A stretch of DNA of 63,635 nucleotides, counting the filler, from Thraustochytrium aureum (Eukaryota): NCBI GenBank assembly GCA_012862495.1. It is 5 parts of 4 records of this genome, joined end to end, with 100 filler letters (N's around TTAATTAATTAA, not from the genome) between each part and the next. Parts side by side here need not be neighbours in the genome. Positions count along the whole stretch, not along the records: positions 50,172 to 62,503 come from BLSG01000012.1; positions 62,604 to 63,635 come from BLSG01000018.1; 3 more parts are not named here. One strand, 5' to 3'. Made by a program: the position numbers and the translations under genes. Every line of letters begins with the position of its first letter. Within the stretch, counting starts at the first letter, position 1. The notes below the pieces were generated by a model. That model ran no database searches and was not told the DNA's origin. It saw nothing but the letters and a program-made list of their open reading frames with translations. This document shows positions 55,607-63,635 of this stretch, piece after piece.

Positions 55607-57190
55607 ATGACGGACAAGGTGGTCGTCTGTGACCTTGCACCATTCTGCGTGAACGCAAGGCAAGACGAGGCTGCCCGCTCGGCACTGACCACCAGGAAGT
55701 GCAGCGTGGCGGATTGCTCGAAGTGTGGCATCGGTGTGAGCCTTCTTGCGGTGGAGGAAGAGCTCAAAACCTGCAGCGTGCACTCACACGACACGCTCGT
55801 GCAGCTCGATGAAAATGCATTCGATGGGACTTTCTTCCAACCGAAACCTTCTGCACCCGAGTATGCGAGCACGGTCGAGGACACGGACGGCGCTCTGTTG
55901 TGCAAGGACAGCGACCCAGCCGAGGCAGGGGGCACATCAGGGAACACATCAAGGCAGCAATGGTCCGTGAAGGACTTGCTGCGGCTTGCCGAGTCCATTT
56001 TTCGGGATGACAGCATGCTGGCTTGTCTGAAGACAGACCCGGCAAAGCGCAAGGACATCGAGTCTAGCAGTGGCGCTCCTGTCCTTGACCCTTCCGTCCT
56101 CGTTGCCAACGCCTTTCTCGACCCAACGTTCACGCCTCGGGCGGACATGGTTGGCATCGACCACGCTCGCGCAAACTCCAGCACAGCTTCCGTCATGGGT
56201 CCAGCCGACCAATGGTTGATAGATCGAGGCGGCGAGTTGGGCGGCATCGACTTACCACTGGCAGACACGTGGCTCGGCTCACAGGCACGCATCCAGAGCA
56301 AGTACAAGGCCCTGCGCTCGAGCTTCTCTTCCTTCCTCCACTTCTTCAACACCAAGCGTGCAGGGGAGGAGCGGAGCATTTTGGACGCCGTAGATCCCGA
56401 GTCGCAGAGCTACAGTCCGAGCTTGGTTGGGTCGTTACCGCCGGAGCCGCACAACCGGTGTGCTGTCCTTTACCTGGCGGGAATCTATGAAAGCCCCAGC
56501 CGTGTCGAGACGGACAGGGAAATCCTCGACAGTATCTTCAGGAACCGGGACACTGAAAGGAACTCCAGCGCGGTAGACGTTGAAGCAAGGAGAAGCCTAA
56601 AGCGACGGCGTCAGACTGGTGTCGAAATCGTAACCAATCGGTCCGCCAGCCGTCACCTCCTCGTGTCACCTGCCGCGAGCAAAAGGAGCGCGGAGGATAA
56701 CGAGATTCGGTCTGCTCTGAGTGAGATCTCGAGAAACGCCGACTCGGTCTTGGGGGTGATCTCCAGAGAGGACTCAGTGAAATTGGCCAAGCTCAGAGCC
56801 TCTGTTCGGCAAGCTGTCGCACAGGAGTCCAAAAACGAGATTGCTCTGGAGCAGTTGAACCTTGCCAAGAAGATCTACAAACTGCAGTCGGCCTCCGCGC
56901 TGCGGCAGGAAGACCGAGAGCTATCCGTTCTCATTGACGCCAAGGCGGACAAACTAGAAAAGGCTGAAGACGCACTAGAGTGCCTCCGTTCGAGCGCGCC
57001 TTTGTCATTTGACGGGGCCAAGAGGGCCAAGAGGGCTGAGGAGACGTGCCTCCGTTCGAGCGCGCCTTTGTCATTTGACGGGGCCAAGAGGGCCAAGAGG
57101 GCTGAGGAGACGGTCGAACGGCTCCGCCGCGACTTGGAGGAGTTCATGAATAGGCGGACGGCGATTGCCATGGAACTAGCATCACTTTGA
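55607..57190 (+). CDS. Harbinger-associated accessory protein (possible Myb/SANT-like helix, C-terminal coiled coil)
   Basis: 527-aa ORF convergent with the transposase; IQSKYKALRSSFSSF resembles a SANT-like recognition helix (weak). Confidence 0.5.
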   Translation: MTDKVVVCDLAPFCVNARQDEAARSALTTRKCSVADCSKCGIGVSLLAVEEELKTCSVHSHDTLVQLDENAFDGTFFQPKPSAPEYASTVEDTDGALLCKDSDPAEAGGTSGNTSRQQWSVKDLLRLAESIFRDDSMLACLKTDPAKRKDIESSSGAPVLDPSVLVANAFLDPTFTPRADMVGIDHARANSSTASVMGPADQWLIDRGGELGGIDLPLADTWLGSQARIQSKYKALRSSFSSFLHFFNTKRAGEERSILDAVDPESQSYSPSLVGSLPPEPHNRCAVLYLAGIYESPSRVETDREILDSIFRNRDTERNSSAVDVEARRSLKRRRQTGVEIVTNRSASRHLLVSPAASKRSAEDNEIRSALSEISRNADSVLGVISREDSVKLAKLRASVRQAVAQESKNEIALEQLNLAKKIYKLQSASALRQEDRELSVLIDAKADKLEKAEDALECLRSSAPLSFDGAKRAKRAEETCLRSSAPLSFDGAKRAKRAEETVERLRRDLEEFMNRRTAIAMELASL

Positions 57191-58327
57191 TTTTGGTTCG
57201 CGTTGCGTGCACTCGGGGAGTACTTTTCCAGTCTTGCCTGGACAAGTTTCACTCGCTTCAGCTCGACCTTGCGGGATCGCGGCTGGCGTTTCTGGCTCGT
57301 TCTATACTTTTGTGTTTCTTGCGCACTCCCAGATCCAGTGGAAACCGCGAGAATCGTCTGTTGCTCCCCGGGGACCTCAGACGGCAGGTACACGATGCTT
57401 TCATTCTCATTTTGCTCAAGTTGGGTGCCATCCAACCGCAAAGGATCTGGCTGGGGGCTCTCCCTCAAAATGAAGTTGTGCAGATGGAAAGCGCTCTGGA
57501 CAATGAGCCAGGTCCTTGCGAGGCGCAAGCACGGGTTTTTCAAACGCGGGAATCTCCCTACCAGAGCGCCGAACGCGCACTCGACGACCATACTCATCGA
57601 AGACTGGTTCTTGTTGAAGCGTCGGGTTTCCTGGCAACCGGCGCGCTCCGGGATTGGAGTTTGCAAGAAGTTTGAGCACTTAAATGCCTCGTCACCAAGG
57701 TGGAAGTACTCGCTCAACGCCGGGTGCGCAAAGACCTGGCCCAGGTTGGGAAATTGCTCTTGCAGGCACAACGACTCGTCGCTGGAACAAGTCCGTCGTT
57801 CCAGGCAATGAACTCGCCGCAGGCATTTGCAATTGCCGCGACGAGGATCGCTACTCCTTTCGTCTTCCACGAGTAGTATTGTCGAGGGTTGACGGTGTCG
57901 TCACGCGTCACGCACGGATAGCGGACCGGAAAATGAATACCGTCGACAGCTCCGACAGCGCCCTGAAAGGCGTATGCGGCCGTGGCATTGCGCCTTGACT
58001 GAAACGCAGCAGCCCACCTTTTCATGTTTTGCGCGAGAACGACGATGTCGTCTCCAAAGGTACTCTATCCCTGTCTGGACTTGGCCACCTTGGGCGGTAC
58101 TGCTCCAAGCTGTCAATCAGGGACATAGCAGATGAATCACCGAGTCGGCTCAGCTGGACTGTCAAGTTCAGCCTGCATCACTGCCAAACGGGAGACGCTC
58201 AACTCATGAATGATTGAGGCTCGCTGCGTGGTGGACCAGAAACGGACGAGTACCAGACCGGTACCGGAGCTCAAGCGTGCACAACTGCCGGCTCCTTTCT
58301 GCCTCTTCCGTTTTCCCCCAAAGCGAC
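56875..58327 (-). pseudogene. Harbinger (HARBI1-like) DDE transposase, frameshifted; 5' part in gap
   Basis: GAVGAVDGIHF, YYSWK, HLGDEAF, FN...S....VVECAFGALVGRFPRL, IVQSAFHLHNF; frame changes near 57790 and 58030. Confidence 0.8.
56981..57112. repeat. Perfect 66-bp tandem duplication
   Basis: 56981-57046 equals 57047-57112 and encodes CLRSSAPLSFDGAKRAKRAEET twice. Confidence 0.9.
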
Positions 58328-59468
58328 NNNNNNNNNNNNNNNNNNNNNNNNNNNNNNNNNNNNNNNNNNNNNNNNNNNNNNNNNNNNNNNNNNNNNNNNN
58401 NNNNNNNNNNNNNNNNNNNNNNNNNNNNNNNNNNNNNNNNNNNNNNNNNNNNNNNNNNNNNNNNNNNNNNNNNNNNNNNNNNNNNNNNNNNNNNNNNNNN
58501 NNNNNNNNNNNNNNNNNNNNNNNNNNNNNNNNNNNNNNNNNNNNNNNNNNNNNNNNNNNNNNNNNNNNNNNNNNNNNNNNNNNNNNNNNNNNNNNNNNNN
58601 NNNNNNNNNNNNNNNNNNNNNNNNNNNNNNNNNNNNNNNNNNNNNNNNNNNNNNNNNNNNNNNNNNNNNNNNNNNNNNNNNNNNNNNNNNNNNNNNNNNN
58701 NNNNNNNNNNNNNNNNNNNNNNNNNNNNNNNNNNNNNNNNNNNNNNNNNNNNNNNNNNNNNNNNNNNNNNNNNNNNNNNNNNNNNNNNNNNNNNNNNNNN
58801 NNNNNNNNNNNNNNNNNNNNNNNNNNNNNNNNNNNNNNNNNNNNNNNNNNNNNNNNNNNNNNNNNNNNNNNNNNNNNNNNNNNNNNNNNNNNNNNNNNNN
58901 NNNNNNNNNNNNNNNNNNNNNNNNNNNNNNNNNNNNNNNNNNNNNNNNNNNNNNNNNNNNNNNNNNNNNNNNNNNNNNNNNNNNNNNNNNNNNNNNNNNN
59001 NNNNNNNNNNNNNNNNNNNNNNNNNNNNNNNNNNNNNNNNNNNNNNNNNNNNNNNNNNNNNNNNNNNNNNNNNNNNNNNNNNNNNNNNNNNNNNNNNNNN
59101 NNNNNNNNNNNNNNNNNNNNNNNNNNNNNNNNNNNNNNNNNNNNNNNNNNNNNNNNNNNNNNNNNNNNNNNNNNNNNNNNNNNNNNNNNNNNNNNNNNNN
59201 NNNNNNNNNNNNNNNNNNNNNNNNNNNNNNNGTTCGCTCTGTTCCGAGCAACAGGACATTCTACACATTTCCTTAGCTACCCACTAACACCTTGGTCACC
59301 CATGTTGAGTCCTTGTAAACGTCAAGTAGGCCTACTGAAACCAGACACACAACTGATCTCGAGCAGGAGCGCGATTGTGCGGTTTGAGCGGCGGGAGCAA
59401 GCAGGAGCGGTAGGAACGAGGGACCGCGCTGAAGGGGCGCAGCTCAGGAGCAGGCCACGAACGGCAGG

Positions 59469-62400
59469 ATGTTTGAGGCGCAGAATTTGGACGAGGCGCT
59501 AGCAGCGATCAAGCGCGGTGAGAAAGAGGTTGTGTGAGTTTTGGCTGGCTGGCTTGTCTGTGTCATGGTGCCAAGAGCAGGCTAACAGACTCGCACCCAC
59601 CTGTGTCAAACTGAAGCCTTCAATTCGATGATGATGATGATGATGGGGCTGCTGTGCTTGACAATGCACTCGAGACCAACTCAAGGCTAACCGAGTTCTT
59701 GTAAGTCATTGCAGGGATGGCGACGCAGCGCGGCGCATCGAACGCGCTTGCTCCTCCTCCCTATCTGTTGCTTGCACGGCCGAAACTCCCTCCCTTTCTC
59801 GTTCGCTTGCTCGCGGGCGAAACAACGCGCTTCCCTTATCCAACCATCTACCCATCACCGTCAACAACAGACTTGAGCTCGCACATCCAAGCCTACGATG
59901 CAGGAACTGCTGCTTTCGGCAAGGCACTCGAGAGCAATTGAAGGCTAACTTAGATTTAGTAAGTCGTTGCAGGGATGGCGCCGCAGCACGTCGTGTCGAA
60001 CGCAATCGTTCCCTCCTCTCTGCTTCTTGCACGGCCGATCTTGCTAACGAAGCAGCGTTCTGCCGTTATCCATCCATTCGTTGTACATCAACACCAACAA
60101 CAACAGCTTCAACAGTTATCAAATCTCTGATGTAGGGGCTGCTGCGGTCAGCAAGGCACTCGAGACCAACGCGATGCTGACTACGCTCAAGTAAGTCTAT
60201 GCAGGGATTGCGCCGCAGCGCGGGGTGTCGAGCGCTCTCGTTACTCCATCCCTTCCTATCTGCTGCTTGCACGGCCGAACCTCTCTCCCTTTGTCGCTCG
60301 CTCGGTCGCTTACGAAACAACGCGCTTCGGTCATCTTTCCATACTTCCTTTGACATCATCACCAACAACAACGGCTTCGACAGTAACCCTATCTCCGATG
60401 GAGGTGCCGCTGTGCTTGGCGAGGCACTCGAGACCAACGTGACGCTGACCACGCTCGTGTAAGTTGATGCAGGGTTTGGGTCGCAGCGCGAATTGTCGAA
60501 CGCGCTCATTTCTCCCTCTCCTCTTTCTGTAGCTTGCGCGGCCGAAGTTTTCCCCCAATCACGCTCGCTCGCTTACTGAACAGCCATTACTGCCGTCATC
60601 GTTCCACCCATCCATCCTTCATGAACGCCAACTACAACAGTCTTCGGGGCAACCGAATCTCCACTGCAGGTGCTGCCGCGATCGGCAAGGCACTCGAGAC
60701 CAACTCGACGCTGACCACGCTTGTGTAAGTCCTTGCAGGGCTGGCGCCGCAGCGCGTCGTGTCGAACGCATGCGAACCTCCCTTCCAAAACTCCCTCGTT
60801 CTCTCTAACGCAACAACGCGCTGCTGACATTCATCCATGTATCCATCCATCCATCCATCCATCCATCCATCCATCCATCCATCCATCCATTTCTCATCAA
60901 CGCCAAAACATCATCATCAACAACAACAACAGTCTTTCGAAGAGCGAGATTTCCGCCTCANNNNNNNNNNNNNNNNNNNNNNNNNNNNNNNNNNNNNNNN
61001 NNNNNNNNNNNNNNNNNNNNNNNNNNNNNNNNNNNNNNNNNNNNNNNNNNNNNNNNNNNNNNNNNNNNNNNNNNNNNNNNNNNNNNNNNNNNNNNNNNNN
61101 NNNNNNNNNNNNNNNNNNNNNNNNNNNNNNNNNNNNNNNNNNNNNNNNNNNNNNNNNNNNNNNNNNNNNNNNNNNNNNNNNNNNNNNNNNNNNNNNNNNN
61201 NNNNNNNNNNNNNNNNNNNNNNNNNNNNNNNNNNNNNNNNNNNNNNNNNNNNNNNNNNNNNNNNNNNNNNNNNNNNNNNNNNNNNNNNNNNNNNNNNNNN
61301 NNNNNNNNNNNNNNNNNNNNNNNNNNNNNNNNNNNNNNNNNNNNNNNNNNNNNNNNNNNNNNNNNNNNNNNNNNNNNNNNNNNNNNNNNNNNNNNNNNNN
61401 NNNNNNNNNNNNNNNNNNNNNNNNNNNNNNNNNNNNNNNNNNNNNNNNNNNNNNNNNNNNNNNNNNNNNNNNNNNNNNNNNNNNNNNNNNNNNNNNNNNN
61501 NNNNNNNNNNNNNNNNNNNNNNNNNNCGCTGCATCCACCATTCATCTCATCATCAATGCCAACAACAACAGCCTTCGGGGCAACCGAATCTCCAATGAAG
61601 GGGCTGCTGCGCTCGGCAAGGCACTCGAGACCAACCTGACGCTGGCTACGCTCTCGTAAGTTCCTCGCTCCCACTGCTGCTTACACTGGCGAACCTTCCT
61701 CCCACTAACGAAACAACATTCTGCCGCCATGCATCCGTCCATTCAATCAAACGCAAACAATGACAGTCTTGAGAGCAATCAAATCTCCGATACAGGAGCT
61801 GCTGCGCTCAGCAGGGCACTCGAGACCAACCCGACGCTCACTGCGCTCGAGTAAGTCGATTTAGGAATGCGTCGCAGCCCTGCGTGTTGGACGCGCTCGT
61901 ACCTTCTTGCTTTTGCAAGGCAGAACCCCACTAACGAAAATACGAGCTGTTGTGGTGCATCACTCCAGGCTTGACTTCAACGAAATCACACGTTCCCAAC
62001 GATCAGTAATATCGCTACTGCTTGCAGTAGGCGCGATCAAGCGCGGCGAGGAGACGGTTCAGTGAGTTCTGCTCTGGCTGACTTGGGAAACGTGCCCACT
62101 GTTGCAGCGCCATGTTGCAGACTAACGAGGTCGCGTTCACCTTTTTCAAATCAACAGTCTTTCCAACAGCGAAATCTCTGATGCAGGTTCTTCTGCGCTT
62201 AGCAAGGCGCTCGAGACCAACTGGACGCTGACGACACTTGAGTAAGTCGTTGCAGGGATGGCGCCACAAGTGCGGCGTGGCGAATGCACTCGTTCATCCC
62301 TCCTCCCTCTCCGCTTCTTGCACAGTCGAGCCTGCTTTCCTCACTTCTTCGCTCGCTAACCAAACAACGCGCTTCGGTCAACCTTCCATCCATCCATCCA

Positions 62401-62503
62401 TCCATCCATCCATCCATCCATCCACAATCAACGCAACAACATCAGTCTCTCGAAGAACGGGATCTCCGATGCAGGGGCTGCTCTGCTCGGCAAGGCACTA
62501 GAG
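59469..62503 (+). CDS. RI/NLRC3-type leucine-rich-repeat gene, one 28-aa repeat per 84-nt exon (gap 60961-61527; 3' truncated)
   Basis: Exons 59469-59533 (N-cap), 59617-59700, 59871-59958 (defective), 60107-60190, 60375-60458, 60641-60724, 60933-gap, 61572-61655, 61767-61850, 61969-62061 (linker), 62158-62241, 62446-end. Consensus L..N.ISD.GAAAL.KALETN.TLTTL; all introns phase 2. Confidence 0.88.
60841..60890. repeat. (ATCC)n microsatellite in an LRR intron; also at 62386-62423
   Basis: Direct inspection. Confidence 0.9.
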
Positions 62504-62547
62504 NNNNNNNNNNNNNNNNNNNNNNNNNNNNNNNNNNNNNNNNNNNN

Positions 62548-62559
62548 TTAATTAATTAA
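62548..62559. other. Artificial contig linker
   Basis: TTAATTAATTAA between N runs. Confidence 0.95.
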
Positions 62560-62603
62560 NNNNNNNNNNNNNNNNNNNNNNNNNNNNNNNNNNNNNNNNN
62601 NNN

Positions 62604-63224
62604 GTGGAATTGCGCCATGAGGATAACGATGGCCAGCCCGTTGCAAAACCCAAGCATGATCGGGTGCCCGACGAGCTTGATGAGCTTGGCGCCGCCAAGG
62701 AGGGCGAACAGCAGCTGCAAGACGCCCATCAGCAACACAGCGATAAAGAGGTACTCGACCCCAAACTCCTCGACGAATGCCGGCATCACCACCGCAAGCG
62801 CCCCAGTTGCGCCACTAACCATCCCTGGTGCTCCTCCAAAGAGCGCCGTGACAAGCCCCACGATCCACGCCGCCTGGAGCCCGACGATAGGGTCGACTCC
62901 GGCAGTGAAGGCAAATGCCACCGCCTCGGGAACTTGCGCGAGCGAGACGGTCAACCCACTCAGCAGCTCGCGGAGCAGCGCCTTCGACTTGGCCTTCGTG
63001 AACGGCGTGGACAGGACCTTGCGCCACGTGTTGTAAAACATGGGGTCATCCTCGGGTTTCTCCTCGGGGTCCAAGCCGCCCTTATCGGCCCCATTCCCGG
63101 CATACCCGTCCAATCCCGCACCATCGAGCTGGCCCACGCCATCCTTCTCCCCTACTAGCCCCAGTGGCACCTCGCTCAGCTCGACGCCGCTGAAGCTCGC
63201 CGCATTCTCTGTTTTGCCGTCCAT
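62604..63224 (-). CDS. SulP/SLC26 anion transporter (3' truncated)
   Basis: [20 protein letters not shown]...GVDP..GL.AA...[13 protein letters not shown]...GF.NGLAI.I...Q. Confidence 0.9.
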
Positions 63225-63635
63225 GCCTGCGGATCGGCGTCTATCTCCAAAGCCCGGTCCGGTGTCTAAGCCCGCCCTCAACCGCGGCCCGCAAGATACG
63301 AGTCCCCCGTGCTTGCCTTCCTTGCTGGCTGCTGGTCGTCCTCGCCGCCTTTGCCTGCGCGCGTGCTCTGGGTCTGTTCTGTCTGGAATTGTGCAGTGCC
63401 AGTGGTTGGTTGGTTGGCTCGGTCGGAATTCTCCGTGTCGTGTCTTTTTTTTGCACACTTGGGCGCTCGGAGGAGAGATCGGTGGCCGAAGAAAGGCCGA
63501 CGACAACAACCAGAACTGGACAGTTGCTCGGTTCTGGGGTCGACGCTAAACCTTGGCAATTGCGTCGCTTGGCCGCGGCGGGCTGTGGGGTTCAGACGGG
63601 GCACCGGCGTTGATGGAGCCGGATGTAGGTTCGCA

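Larger units (their letters stand above)
55607..58327. mobile_element. PIF/Harbinger-like DNA transposon with two convergent ORFs; termini not identified
   Basis: HARBI1/DDE_Tnp_4 transposase on the minus strand plus a second ORF on the plus strand; composition less GC-rich than host genes. Confidence 0.75.

Noticed and set aside
54800..59360. Terminal inverted repeats for the Harbinger element
   Set aside because: No convincing inverted pair found by eye; one end may lie in the 58328-59231 gap.
59660..62503. Regularly recurring GCACTCGAGACCAAC as a CRISPR-like direct repeat
   Set aside because: It is the coding core (ALETN) of LRR exons; the intervening sequences are long, mutually related introns, and no cas genes are present.

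Overview
High-GC, gene-dense eukaryotic DNA with short GT-AG introns. Ciliary BBSome genes, a single-chain urease and selenoprotein recoding fit a flagellated protist, plausibly a stramenopile such as a labyrinthulomycete; the taxon cannot be fixed from sequence alone. It is a draft assembly: there are many N gaps, five unrelated pieces joined by N-TTAATTAATTAA-N linkers (27830, 43726, 50116, 62548), and scattered single-base indels that split real genes. Recognisable genes include PMP34/SLC25A17, a multi-RGS protein, SRR1, RPA1, DnaJ class B, TRAPPC4, an RCC1-SPRY protein, an Mx-like dynamin, urease, an MSI4-like WD40 protein, RRP46, BBIP1 and a SulP transporter, plus a PIF/Harbinger transposon. 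Highlights: (1) an LRR gene built from symmetric 84-nt one-repeat-per-exon cassettes with paralogous introns, a candidate exon-shuffling or alternative-splicing receptor system; (2) a TrhO/TSTD2 rhodanese fused to an RluA/RPUSD2 pseudouridine synthase; (3) a SelS-like selenoprotein ending GG-UGA-G-stop with a type II SECIS; (4) a REV1-like protein whose polymerase carboxylates are replaced (DE to NQ); (5) an ankyrin-XK-TMEM151 fusion; (6) an RPA70 that has lost two of its four Zn ligands. All family calls come from motif recognition by eye, without database searches.
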